64,000 nucleotides of DNA from Patella caerulea (Eukaryota): positions 6,790,208 to 6,854,207 of the forward strand of contig JAZGQO010000014.1 of NCBI GenBank assembly GCA_036850965.1. Direction: 5' to 3'. Numbering within the stretch: the stretch's first letter is position 1; every line of letters begins with the position of its first letter. Made by a program: the position numbers and the translations under genes. Below are positions 37,350 through 50,345 of this stretch, in pieces. The notes beneath the pieces are model-generated. The model did no database searches and had not been told where the DNA came from. It saw only the letters and a program-made list of their open reading frames with translations.

Positions 37350-38510
37350 GGTAAACAAGCCAACAGTGAGGCTGATATCCTAAAATAAACAGATGACACA
37401 TATATTAAATCAATTGCACATTTATCTTTTTCAAAAGTATTGAGTAATAAAACTGATTTTCTAAGCTTAGTCCAAGCATAAAATGTTCACAATAAACCTC
37501 AGTCTGGTTTTGAAGTGCCTTGTGGTGAAACTATACACTAAATTTCATCACTTTCCATCAGTTAGAATTAAATTTATCTTGTCCTATAGCATTGAATTTT
37601 TGTGTTCCAAAGTATCAACCAATCAGATTAAAGTCTCTACTTTGCCTAAGCAGAAAATGCTCAGCATCAAACTTTGTTAGATATTGATGTAATGGAACTA
37701 TACAAGGTTTCATCACTATCACTCAATTAGAATCAAAGTTGCCAAGCTCATAAGTCTCGACCAATCAAAATTGCTTATTTCTCTGAAAATGCTCATTATC
37801 AAACTTAATCAAGGTAAGTGATGAAACTATACACCAAGTGTTTCAACTCTCACTTAAACATGCATTATGCAAGAGCAGAACTGCCTATTGTAGGACTTTT
37901 TTTAAAAAAGCAATTTATCTAAATTATCAATTAGACATTAATTAACCTATCCAGACCATACTCAACTTTTGATGTCAACGCTAGCTTGCGATATTTACTA
38001 GATTAGGATCTGATTTGCTGGAGCATCGACCAATCAAATTGCTTATGTCTGCTGACCCTGATAAGAAACTGCTTATCTTCAAACTCCCTCAAGGTATTCT
38101 CCTAAAGCCAGGCTGACACTTGCACGATTCCATGGCACGCATTGGCATGACTCGAGTCGGCAAGACACCGTCCGATTTGCGCAAACTCATCGTGCCAGTT
38201 CGTGTCAATGTGGACACTGATGGGCACGACAAAATCGTGGCCAAAAGTCGTGCAAGTGTCAGTCTAGCTTAATAAACGCCTACACCAAGTTTGAACATTC
38301 TACCTCAATTCGAAGAATAGTTATTGTGCTCCAAAATCTCGACCAATCAAATTCTTTATCGCTCGGCTTACCCTTTGCAGATAATGCTCATTATCGTACT
38401 AAGTCAAGGTACTGAGGTGATGAAACTATATACCAAGTGGCATTACTATCATTGAATTAGAACTAATTAATGTGTCCCAAAGAAAATGTTCATCTTTGAA
38501 CTCTATCATT
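37350..38510 (+). mobile_element. HINE1 copy 4, old and diverged, carrying two nested insertions (R4 at 37862-37990 and a TIR-MITE at 38108-38272)
   Basis: The head aaacaagccaacagtgaggctgatatcctaaaataaacagatgacacatatattaaatcaattgcacatttatctttttcaaaagtat has lost the cccccgccgaaat block. Diverged monomers follow (..caccaagt...caattagaa.., ..ccaatcaaattgcttat..aaaatgctcat..). Confidence 0.6.
38108..38272. mobile_element. About 165-bp MITE with 15-17-bp TIRs (ggctgacacttgcacga / tcgtgcaagtgtcagtc) nested in HINE1 copy 4
   Basis: 38105 ccaggctgacacttgcacgattccatggcacgcattggcatgactcgagtcggcaagacaccgtccgatttgcgcaaactcatcgtgccagttcgtgtcaatgtggacactgatgggcacgacaaaatcgtggccaaaagtcgtgcaagtgtcagtctag 38272. 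The block is more GC-rich than its surroundings and interrupts a satellite monomer. Confidence 0.7.
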
Positions 38511-39654
38511 TCCCTTTAATAGACCCTGCTTGTAACTGTTGAAAACAGCAAGCTAAATTACAATAAAGTGACTGTTATTCCTATAAAACAAATTATATAG
38601 CATTTGAAGCCAAAATAAAAACCTGTTTGAGTGCAATGCTAGTTGAAATATCAAGAAATACATCATTCAATTAGCTTTATATTCACATCCAGACATGTAT
38701 AAAAGCTATAAACACGAAAAAAGTATGATTAAAATAATCTTTTGCAAGCAGAAATTATCATTTCTTTCTATTTTGATATCCTATTATATCCAAAACCTGA
38801 TGGAAGATGTGATTAATTACCTATATTTGGCAGAATTCCACATGGAATCATGGCTATGTGTGACAGAAGATGGATGTTATTGTAGGTAAAAATGATATTT
38901 TTAGAAAACTACCTGTACTGATCAATAACTAATTATGATTATAATATAATCAGATCCAGTGTAATTTGATCTTAAATTAAAATCACATCTTACAATGCCA
39001 ATAAAATGAATAATTAAATCAGACCATTGACACAGCTTGATCTAAGAGTGATTTGTTCTCTGGAAATGTTTTACTGACTCAACAATTAAAGAAAGGAGGC
39101 AGCAAGAACGTTACAAGATGCTACAAACAGGGAATGTAGCTCATCGACATGTGGTCTCTAAGTATTAGAAATAAATACCGATTCTTGGAATGGATCTTCA
39201 ACACTTTATTTCAGGAGCAAATAATTAACAACAACAATTTTACAACTTATATAATTTCCTATATATCAGACCTCCAACTAGTATATATAGGTTCCCTAAG
39301 CACGTGTCTCCAACTAATGAAAGACCTTAAGTACATCTGAGATTTGGATAATGTATATGGTTTCAGCAATTCAGTGACTGGATAAAATGAATGTACGATT
39401 CTGTATGTGAATCAAAATTCTTCCTTCATTCTTTCTATGAAAAGGTTTCTCAAAAAGTGTTCCTTGTTCATTCTTTCTTGATGAATTTCAATATAGCACC
39501 AGGATATTATAATTGTTTTCATACATCGGGAACCAAAACATCAGTAATAAATTTAATAAAGTCTGCAGCAGACATACTCCGCGCAATGTTGCGTTTGATT
39601 AGAGGTAATCCTACTACACACTGCTATAATGAGTGGATATTGTAGTTTTAAATT

Positions 39655-39775
39655 TTGATTGGTCAGTAGTCCGTCTACCAACCAATCACTATCTGCCCTA
39701 CAAAAGCTTTACATTTAAAACGAGTGCCAATATTGGACCAAATATGTTTACATAACGTGACGTCATGGCTCACGA
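39655..39775. promoter_or_regulatory. Cluster of four CCAAT/Y-box motifs (ttgattggtcag, ccaaccaatcac, palindromic gccaatattggacc) plus a perfect palindromic CRE TGACGTCA at 39768-39775
   Basis: The motifs are seen directly. There is no convincing downstream exon, so functional status is unknown. Confidence 0.15.
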
Positions 39776-42682
39776 TTTTATTATGCCTAATTAACCCGTG
39801 CATAGCAGAATACTGCAGTAAAACTAATTGCGTGACAAACGAGGATGTCAAGTCGAATGAAATGTTAACAATACTGTTTGGAAACGAACATACTTTCACG
39901 GTTTTTAATACCTTAAATCAATGTCCAAAGTTTTAGGGAAGACCCAGATTAAACGAAGGACTGTCATGTTGCTTAAGTGATAGCTTTCATTGAACGGAAA
40001 GAATAGACACACTCCCACATAAGTTCAAGAAACAGAAGCTATTCCAGCAATGGCCAGAGAGGGATTTCTCAGGTCATTGCTTCAGGAATATGGCAGCAGA
40101 GTGTTCACAAAGAAGTGTGGATGAAGTGTGGATGACGGATGGATGGATAATTTACCAAAAGAACAAGATCGGAAAAGGTTGCCATATCAGATGATCTGAC
40201 TGAAGAGAAATTGATGAAAATAAGAAGAAAATACTGCAAAAAATCTGATATTTCGCTTTTAAAATAAAGTTCCTAGGCAATTCTGAAATGATAACATTTA
40301 TTTTGGTCAAGTCAAACTTGTCTAATCTTTTTTGCATGACAAGATAAGAAGCACAAAGTCAGTTATATTTACACTTAGATATCAAACATCAGTAAGCTGG
40401 GTGCAGCTTGCACAAAACCCTAATTCTACTATGTCTTACAGAAAGGCAGACATGGATTGTTTGCTAAGTAAATATCTGTCACGTTCCTCCATCAACTTGG
40501 ACGTACAAGTCATTGATTTTTAAGCAATATCTAATGAAAATGCATTTGATAATCACATTTCAGATTCTTGTTATAAAGTTTTCTATCAAATTTAGTATTT
40601 GATGTATGATGGAAAAAATATTTATCAGTTGTTTTTAACGACTTTAGATTAAAGTGATGTTTTATGTGTGGTATTCTGTTCACTGACATTAGACTTCTGC
40701 AATTTATGTACAGATCATAGTACTATTCCTTTTTGTTTCATGCTGCCTCAGTAATGGGGTTTGTGCATGAGTAGATAAGCCTTGCTTATTCTATTTAGAA
40801 CACCTGATGTCATTTCTTATTCAAGAAGTTCACATAACACATATTGAACTTTTGTACATAAACCTTCTTTTTTTATTCATTACACAATAAACAGGTAATA
40901 ATGTTTGATTTGGAAGGAAGTATGTGACCATTTTCATAATTTTTCTTTTTAGTGCATTTTCTCTTTCATCTAACAAAACCAGAACCTATATATATGTGGT
41001 TATTGTGTACCCCCTTCCCTCTTATTCTTAACAGCAACAGAGTATTTGAAGATTAAACAAAGCAGTCACAAAAAAAAAAAGTTTACTTGGAGTGAATTCC
41101 ATCTTCAACTCCCTTCAAAATCATGCCTTACATCAGAATATGTCTAGCACATATTTCACACCCGCTTAAAGGTGAAATCAGCTGTCAATTTATTAATGAA
41201 AACTGTAATGTTGAAGTCATTAAATTTGACGCTGGAGACGTGACACTTCACATTTATATTAACATTATTTCCCATTTCCAATTTTCTATTTCATTGGGAA
41301 TTACAATTTAATATCATGATTTCATTAGAACTGATTTCTCATCTCAACAGTTTAATTTCAAGAGGAAAAAAATATCATTTTATATTAATTCCATTTTTTG
41401 TGCTGTTGTCTTCTCAAAATCAACTCTTTATTAACAAGCTATTAATAAATGTTAAAAAGAAGAATCACAATTGACAAGATCTGACACATCATGAACCAAC
41501 TATTCTGAACATGGGGAAAATTCGCATTAGAATCATGAGTGAGGCTTTATAGCAGTTTGCTAACTATAAATTCATTTAATTTCTGACATTATTAGTTTAT
41601 CATTAATTCTTACTACTAGTAACACTACAGCTTCATATAGTATATCAAATGACCAAAATGCTGATACTGTTGTGTCAATTTCATATTCTTGATACCGGGT
41701 ATTATAAAGTAATGAACACAAGACAAATTAATGACTATACTTATGCTGTGACTTGATTCAAAATGGAATCAACTAGCACAGAGGGAGAATTATATTACCA
41801 AGTATATGAAGTTACAAATATATTCTCCCCAGCCCCATCACTTAATAGATTCAAAATTATTCCATTGAAAGTCTTAATAAAGCCTTTTCATGTCAATTTA
41901 TGGAAATTACAATGTCAGTCAAGTTCATCCTCAGGCAGGATCTGGAATAAACGATAATTTAGAAGACAAAATCACAGATTAGTAATCCCTGAATAGAATT
42001 TTTGTACTTTTCTAAACAAAACTTTCAACTTTCTGCAACGCTTGTTTGGGCTGGATTTGACCATAAATTGTTGGAATGTTTGAAACCAGGCTGAAATTAT
42101 TCTCTTCTTTTTGGCATCAGATTTTGTGAGAATAGAAAAGTGTATATTATGTCAGTCCACAAGCTATCCAAAAATTCTAATCATCTGCAAGCATGATTGT
42201 TATACCTTAACTCTTGACATATACAAACACATCAAATAAAGTCATCATACTTCCACAGTGGAGTGGAATGCAATCTAGCTATTTAAAAATCTTCTTTTTT
42301 TTTTAAGAGGACAATATTTCCAGTATATTCATTTATTCCTCCAATAATCCACCAATTTATTGTATTCTTTTATAGTCCTCTCGGCAAACCTTGCACAGAG
42401 TGTGAATTCCAAATTTATTTTCAAGATCAAATGTAAACTCGTAGTTTTCATTTAGTTCTTTACTCCATTTCATAACAATTTCTTTAGATACAGCTTTAAT
42501 ATTGCCTCCAGAAGTCACATCAATGTCCAAAAAAATCATTTTATGTCCGCACAAACGAAAGTGAAAAAAAACCAACAAGTGGCCGACCTCGACAGTGAGA
42601 GAATAGAATTGGAATTACCAAATTTAAGGTGGTAATAGCAGATTCAAATTGGTTGAAAGGATAAAATGGAACCCAGAACTAT

Positions 42683-43046
42683 TTCATTTCAAAATGAAAT
42701 GAAATGGGGCTTAACGTCCTACTCTTTTGCACCTAAACTGGCCTAATGGAAGACATGCATACGCCATACAGTGTGCTAAGAGGGAAATTTTGCCTGGGCA
42801 GCGGCGCTATGGCCTACTCTTATATCGAATTCAACTGCCAAGGGATCTTTTACGTACACTCCAATGTGTACACGGGACCTCAGTTTTTCGGTCCATCCGA
42901 ATGACTAGGCAGCTGTCCTTGTCAGGCCCTCCTTCTGCATCACTGACACGTGGAAATCATGCCGGAAAATCGAGATGGACTTTCTAAGCCATTGCAGGGA
43001 TCGAACACCCGACCTCCAGGCTTTTTCGTTTCAAGACTGACCTACT
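42683..43046 (-). mobile_element. tRNA-related SINE (minus orientation), near full length
   Basis: The minus strand starts ggtcagtcttgaaacgaaaaagcctggaggtcgggtgttcgatccctgcaatggc.. (T-arm-like), then ..cagtgatgcagaaggagggcctgacaagg..cctagtcattcggatggaccg..gtaaaagatcccttggcagttgaattcgatataagagtaggccatagcgccgctgcccaggcaaaatttccctcttagcacactgtatggcgtatgcatg..gcaaaagagtaggacgttaagccccatttcatttcatttt. Partial copies of the same family lie at 57690-57836(+) and 62752-62995(+). Confidence 0.6.
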
Positions 43047-44466
43047 AAAAATAATTAAGGGAGGATTAAAACAAATAATTAGGAAACAAATAAATTTTTA
43101 TCGGAACTGTAATTCAATGCATAAATACAAATGTAAATGGAGTTGTACCGTTATAACACAAATTCCTTTCAGTGCTCTACTCATTCTTCAATAGAAGACT
43201 TAATTGATCTTGCTTTAACGACGTACATCTTATCAAGGCATTCATGTAATACCTTGTATATTTTGGCACTAATTTCGATTGGGTATTCACCAAGATTGTG
43301 AGCCTATCAGATTCCTTGATCATCGCGAATACCAAGTCTCACACTTTCCAGTTTAAATATCTACCTGTGATAATCAAGTTACAAAGTTCAAGGTTTGGTG
43401 AATGTCAAGGTTTCCGTGAAGGTCGCAATGTCCCAACCTCTGCAATAAGATGCTACAGTTTGCATGTCTGCAGAAAAGGTAGTATAAAATCTGGAAATGT
43501 AAAGTAATCTGGCAACATCCAGATGTTGTAAAACTAGCAGTCGTTGCTTCCAGAACATGTACTTCTACAAGATACTGTGTCGTGATCAGGGAAATTCCCA
43601 CACAATTCATTACATAACATAAATACAAAAGCAAAAGACAACATAGCCAGTCAAACACTCGACAAAAATATAAGATAGAAGTAAACAGTAAAACAAAACC
43701 ACAACAAATACTTTATTGTATTATACATGTAGTATTCTAAAATTCTAAAAAGTAAGTCATACAAATTTGATTTTAAACACTCAATAGTCGCATTTGACAA
43801 TTACCCTGAGATTTTTTCTTTTTACAAAAATTTTACATGAATCCTGGTAGATTCGCAGCGTAACCTCTTGCGCAAATTACATTCAGAGATTTGCGTGAAT
43901 TTCTAGACCTGGAAGGGAAGTAACTCTCATCTTGTTGCAACAAACAAGCTGCCATATTGTTGTAGCAATAAGACTAAGACTGGTTTGTAACTCTACGATC
44001 TAGGGCAGATAATTTAAATAAGCGAATACCCAGGGTATAGTGAAGCAGAATGGAATAAGACCACTTTAGATAACGAGGATGGCACCTGCTTTGTCGTTTG
44101 TGAACCAGTCACTGTTAATTACTCAATCCACATTTTCTTTGTGATTTGTTTTTCTTTATTCATCACAAATTGCATTCGAAACTATTATGTCCATAATAGA
44201 GTATCACTATATGATGTCATGTACTTAATTTAAAATGTTCATTGTACCTTAACTACTTGATATTGGGATCCAATATTTTCACGGTAAGATAACAACATCA
44301 CTATTTTAATTGAATAACCAATATTGAATTCCTTTAAGTCTACATCGCATTCTATCATAGTACTAATTCTTCTTTAAATTTAAACCACACAATTATAAGT
44401 TATTTTTTCCTCAATTTGTTTTGTGGGGTTAATTGTTTTGTCTTGTGGAATTTAGGTGATGGGATT

Positions 44467-44560
44467 CTGTTAGGATGACCACCCGTCCTGCATTTTGCGC
44501 ATTTTGCGGGACAGTCCCACAAAATGCTTCCAAGTCCTGAGTCCCAAAAACCAGCCAAAA
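44467..44560. repeat. Short dispersed hairpin repeat R5 (ggatgaccacccgtcctgcattttgcg..gggacagtcccacaaaatg)
   Basis: It is homologous to 57355-57450 (gggtgaccacccgttccgcattttgcgggacagtgccgcaaaatgttccctg). The core cattttgcgg..ccgcaaaatg is a 10-bp inverted repeat. Confidence 0.5.
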
Positions 44561-46854
44561 TTTCCATTTGAATTTGAGTATTACATTACTGTTTTTCAAA
44601 GATTTGGACAATTATATTTAGTCCTAAACTTAATTTCTACCACTAATATTTTTGTTTCTCAAACATTCTGCACATGCAACACAATTCATTTACGTGTAAT
44701 GAATCTAAAGTAAAGTAAAGGAAAATCCCTTCCTTAATATTTACATGTAAACTTATACCATGCGTGTATTTATGCATTCATGGGGAAATCTCAAGCTATC
44801 ACTACAAAATAAGAGAGTTATTTTTTAAATGTCCCTCAATATGATCAAACGAAGGTGGTCACCCAAGATACTGCCTGGATCTGATGGCCTATAATTGCCT
44901 ATGTGGGATTCTAATATGGATTACTCAAATAATACCATGTCCAGAACTGTGAACATTACCCGTACTTTTCTTAACACTGGGCTTTTAGGGTAGCATTTTA
45001 AATTAGTAACATGAATTAGTTGGATATTGTTTGTTAGATTTACATGTGTTTGTACCAATTTCAGCATTAATTTCTTTAAGTGGTGAATTTCTACTTATCC
45101 CTTTCTAAACCATTTGACATTCAGTACAGAATACACTATACAATCTGGTTATTACAAAATAAAGTGACTGGAGATTTTGAATCAGATGATGAAATTCCTG
45201 AAATCTTTCTTTATAAATACTTAGATCAATTTATTACTGTATCATGAACTGAAATCTACAAGAGTATCTGGCTCAAATCATTGGGGATTATTTGTTATGG
45301 AGACCATAAGTTAACACATAAGTCTACCATAAAGTGATCTTTATATTATCTATTTTCACAATCGCAATGCTATTTAATCAATCCTGGGTTGGCTTAATTT
45401 AATATGAATGATGCAATAGTTTTCAGTGCATCTTATTGGATTTTCTTTCGAGTTCATAAATAAATTTGTACAATTCTCCAAACCATACCTACTTTTAACG
45501 TATTTTAATGAATTTCATTTCTTTTGCAGGCCTCCCCGGATACCGCATCGTTAATTGTTCCAATTATATCATTTGCGAGTACATGTATAGATTTTTAAAG
45601 ATAATATGACTCACTTTTTTTACTACATTTTCAAAGCTTAAAAGAAAAGAAAAATAGATTTCCCATCCAAAAACTGGTTTTTACAGAAAATGTTTACTGA
45701 TATGTTTTATTCATGAAAACAAAATGGTCTCAGCAAAATGCCAAATCAATTATTGAATCAGCAAATAGAATTACCATCCATTAACAATCTATCACAAGAA
45801 TAAAACGAAATTATATCATGCATTTATCTAACAAAGCCATCTTACAAGGGTTTATATCACTTAAACACTGTTTTTACATTTTCATTTCCATAATAAATGT
45901 ATTAAGTATTTGTTATTCCTATCGCGTTTCCTACTAAAACCACATATCACTACAGTCTGTCTTTTATTTGAATTGGTTCAAATATATATTACTTCTGGGT
46001 CTGTGTTTATCAGGGCCCAGTGGGGAGATGGTTTTTATTAAGTTTATGTTTTATGCACTACTAAAACTATGTATATGCTGCCCTAAAAGGGTGTTTTTTA
46101 TACAATATAAGAACTATTCTATCATCTCTTGATCTTATCTATGTGCTCATAATTAGCTGTCCTATATCTGCATAGTCAACACAGACATCACCATTTGGAA
46201 GCCTCCAAAGACCTAAAATATTTAACATTTGGTCCAAATATTATTCAAATAGATCAATTCTAACTTAAGTCATGACCGTTTTATTGGTTTTTATTGATTT
46301 CTTTATGTGCAACAGATATATATATATAGTAAAAAAATAAAAAAGCTCCTATATTCATAATTACATAATAACAACAGCCTTTTATGAAAACAGTACCAGT
46401 ACATGCATTTAACATCTTGTCTTCTACTCTCCATAAAAATTATTCCAGCAAATGTGTTAATAATATGACGTTCCAAGTCAGTCGAATATGCCATAATGGC
46501 CATGGGCTATGAAAAATGACTGAAACTAGATCTACACAATCTGTCAGTTTGCATGCCAAAAAAATAATATATTTTTCAAGACCCAATTTTCAAACCTGGC
46601 TACATTGAACCCTTGAGGTTGAGTTACAATCCATAGTTGATATGTTTGGATGAGAAAGAAAAAAAGAATCTTTCTAGGTACAATAAACATCAAACTATAA
46701 TTACAAGCATACTTGAGTATGAACCAGAGTTTCTATTTTAAAATTTGAACCATGAAAACATTTTTAGTTCTGGTAATTAAGAGAGACCAGAATCGGTCAT
46801 CTGAAGTTGCTTTAGTTGATGCTCGCTAGAGCGTGTTGATAAATATTGCCTCGT

Positions 46855-47790
46855 ATTGCTAGCATATCAGATTGTAACTTCCTGAATTATAATTAAAAGT
46901 CAACTGGATATTAACTTTTCCCTCCAGAGGATCTGCAAGATATTTCAAAGTGATCAAGGGCCATAACTCTAGCAGTAATTATCAGAAATCTTTGAAAATC
47001 AATAGGCTTTGGCATGTATCGCATCAAAACTTCATGGATTGTAGGTAAAACCACCTTTTAAGCTTGTGTACACTCTCTGAGGTCACAATTTTGAACTGAG
47101 TTTGATGAAACTTGAAATGCATGTTTATAACCCAAATATTTGCGCATATCAGATTGTAACTTCCTGAATTATAATTAAAAGTCAACTGGATATTAACTTT
47201 TCCCTCCAGAGGATCTGCAAGATATTTCAAAGTGATCAAGGGCCATAACTCTAGCAGTAATTATCAGAAATCTTTGAAAATCAATAGGCTTTGGCATGTA
47301 TCGCATCGAAACTTCATGGATTGTAGGTAAAACCACCTTTTAAGTTTGTGTACACTCTCTGAGGTCACAATTTTGAACTGAGTTTGTTGAAACTTGAAAG
47401 GCATGTTTATAACCCAAATATTTGCGCATATCAGATTGTAACTTCCTGAATTATAATTAAAAGTCAACTGGATATTAAGATCTTGGTTACTTTTGATAAT
47501 TGCACATATCAGAACGTAGCTTCCTGGATTATGGCCCCTGATTGCTTGAAAAATCACATTTTTAGATTGCGGATTCTCTAGAGGTCACAATTTTTTTTCC
47601 AATTTTAAAAACCGTTTTAGTATATCATTTGTCAACAATAATAAATGTTGATTTAAAATTGAAATGAAATTGCCCTCAAAAATGTCCACTGGTTTATAGC
47701 CCCTGATTCTACCAAAAAATCACATTATTTTTTAGCTCGTTCTCTGTCCATCTCTTGCAAATTCTGGGCGTTTCTTGCATGTCAACCACT
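46855..47790 (-). mobile_element. Composite HINE element in minus orientation: 3.2 copies of a 286-bp hybrid unit (SatB-like segment plus inverted HINE2 part-1 segment), an inverted HINE2 unit and an inverted head at about 47690-47790
   Basis: The period is exact: atatcagattgtaacttcctgaattataattaaaagtcaactgg recurs at 46862, 47148 and 47434. Within each unit, gtgatcaagggccataactctagcagtaattatcagaaatctttgaaaatcaataggc matches the SatB monomer of 60200-61430 in plus orientation. The segment tgaggtcacaattttgaactgagtttgatgaaacttgaaatgcatgtttataacccaaatatttgcgcatatcagattgtaacttcctgaat is the reverse complement of HINE2 part 1. 47700-47790 is the reverse complement of a HINE2 head (..ttgcaagagatggacagagaacgagctaaaaaataatgtgattttttggtagaatcaggggcta). 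Confidence 0.55.
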
Positions 47791-48062
47791 TGTTTCAGTC
47801 ACTGTGTAAAATAATTTGCAATGTCATTATCAGTAAGCTACTTACTGAATAATTATCAGGCTTTTATATTTATGGGATTATCATAGTACTTGGATGACTG
47901 TTAAGGATTAGCTGTCAAGTTGATTGAGTTCTTTATCAACAAGCAATAACCATCACTTTGTAATTAGGATCAGACACATCTTCTTACATCTCATTGACCA
48001 ACGTCAAGGGGATTAAAATGTCTGACAAAGGTGAAACCACAAATTGTTTTCAAGATTAAGAT

Positions 48063-49080
48063 AAAAAGACCAGCGGCTGCAAGGCAGTATACACCCACAT
48101 TTTCCAAAAGATGGAAAGAGAACAAGCTAAAAACAAACGCATTCTTTGTACAATCAGGGGCAATAATCCAGAAAGTTATGGTCTGAAATGCGCAAATATT
48201 GAAATGAGTTCTTTGGGATATCAAGAAATGTTTTAAGTTTCATTAAAATCAGATAAAAATTGTGACCTCTAGAGGTTTCCACAACCATCGTATTACATAC
48301 TTTTAAACAATTTGCATACAAAGAGGAGCTGTTTTGTCAGGCAGTTTCATTTCTATTTTCCGGATATTCGAATTCAACCTTCATTATGGTGGAATGGTTA
48401 AATATTTAAACATTTTTTAAAATCAGAGAAGTAACTGTGACCTTTAGAGAATCCACAAGGTAAAAATGCGATTTTACAGCAATCAGGGGCCATAATCCAG
48501 GAATTTACGTTCGGAGATGCACCATGATCTTTGTGTATAAGTATTACCGTGATATATTAACACGTTGGTTTTTTTTTTTTAAATCTGATAAAAATTGAGA
48601 CCTAGTCAGGGACCACAAGCTACAAACGCGATTTTTCGTACAATCAGGGGCCATAATTCAGAAAGTTATGATTCGATATGCGCGAATATCAAAAATGGAT
48701 CGAAATTGTGAACTCTAGAAAGTCCACAACATTGATATACCATATATTTACACTATTTGTGTACAAGGGGTGGCCATTTTGTCTCTAGAGGGACCACAAT
48801 CTAAAAACACAATTTTTCGAACACAATCAAGGGCCGTAATTCAGAAAGTTATGATCGGATATGTGCGAATATCAAAAGGAACCAAGATCTTTGGGTGAAA
48901 ATCGAGTTTCATCAAAATTAGCTGTAAATTGTGACCTCAAGACTGTCCACAAGCCAAAACCAAGATTTTTCATACAATCAGGGGTCATAATCCATGAAGT
49001 TATGGTCCGAGATGTCTGGGAGAGTTTCGTCAAAATTGGATAATAATTGTGACGTGTAGAGTGTGGGCACATAAAAATCG
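48063..49080 (+). mobile_element. HINE2 copy with head, about 3 diverged units and variant tail
   Basis: The head is aaaaagaccagcggctgcaaggcagtatacacccacattttccaaaagatggaaagagaacaagctaaaaac. Diverged units follow. The end is ..ggataataattgtgacgtgtagagtgtgggcacataaaaatcg, a tail variant of ..gtgacctgtagac..atgtgggcgtataaaaa. Confidence 0.6.
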
Positions 49081-50164
49081 ATGGCCAATTGTCTTATGAA
49101 AATGCATGGCAAGATATGTGTTGATCGTATTTCGATGGGAGGAGTCTGTAACTTTTTTTTTAAAGAACGCCAGAGAAGAACAAGATGAGTTGTGCATGGG
49201 CCCAGTTCCTGCTCCAAAAATGATTAACCTTTTCTTTTGAATCTATAACATGACACGATCATTAGACAGGTGTTTGTTTCTAGGTTGATTTATAGACAAC
49301 GGTAGACAAACACGTGCAAATTAAAAACTTCTATTAATGTCACAGAGAGACAAGAGCATTAAAGATTTATAAAAGAAGAGATTGAAAAACTGTTTGTCTA
49401 CTGATAGAAATCAACTTATATAACAAATAGAGCAGTATCACACCAAGTGAAATTGAATTACCTTGTATTTCTGTCACACAACTAGAACTACAAGAACTCT
49501 TGAGGGATTTCCAAAGCTCATGCTGTGAGTGAAGAGATTTGTAAGATGGATGAGATGACAGCTTGGTATAGATCTTTCAACGCTTTCTTGGTAATCATAG
49601 GGTATTAACAACAGGAATCCATTATTAAGTTATTTCTTTATACAAAGACACCTCCTGTCTTGAACTGACTAAGCGTTAATCTGCTTTCCCTAAAAGATAA
49701 TGTACAACTGAAAAACAGACATTAAAAACTATTAAATATTGATCCCATCAGCTAATTGTACTCCTGGAGACTTAAATAGCCTGTAATGGTAATTTGCTTC
49801 TCCTGTTGTAAGTTCACTTATTTCGAGAGACCTTCAACACTTTTGCCACTTCCGGATAGTTACTATAAACATCTGAATAAATAATTTTCAGATAGTTCAT
49901 AGTATAAATTGACATAATTAATTCTGGAGTGGATTTCTTCATTATCCAAATTCTAACTATATCCAAGAGTCATGCAACTGAATCAGTGCACCTGTCTCCA
50001 CCTCTAGCAGTAATTTGAGATAAATGTTACACCTTTTCCACTCTATTCATACAGTTGGTAAATGTGACAAAATAACATAGTTTCTGAAAGTTAACATTTA
50101 ATATACATAATGTGTATGGGAAGCATTTTCTATCTCCTTTCAAATGGCATGGAAAAGTTCAAGG

Positions 50165-50345
50165 TTTAAGGGCCAATCTCGATAATAATTTTGAGAATAA
50201 AACTGCATAATTTTGTGTTAAAATCCTCTACCTACAGGCCGAGCAAACTAACTCAATTTTTGTGATATGTTTTCAAACAACCCCATCAAACTTCATCTGG
50301 AAATGGGGACTGGTGTGCCAAGCTGTATTATGCGGTGTCTGGATA
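50165..50345 (+). repeat. Dispersed repeat R3, copy 2
   Basis: It is homologous to 30688-30890. Confidence 0.55.

Noticed and set aside
42357-42578. Minus-strand ORF, best read as MIFLDIDVTSGGNIKAVSKEIVMKWSKELNENYEFTFDLENKFGIHTLCKVCREDYKRIQ; peptide-like composition, faint HAD-like F.DIDxT start
   Set aside because: It is only about 60 codons from a plausible ATG, shows no recognisable domain, and has no flanking splice or promoter signals. It is within the chance expectation for AT-rich DNA, so it is kept only as a note.
9745-43046. tRNA-like heads of SINEs (box A/B-like motifs) considered as tRNA genes
   Set aside because: None forms a complete cloverleaf with a paired acceptor stem. All continue into SINE bodies and the common LINE-type tail.
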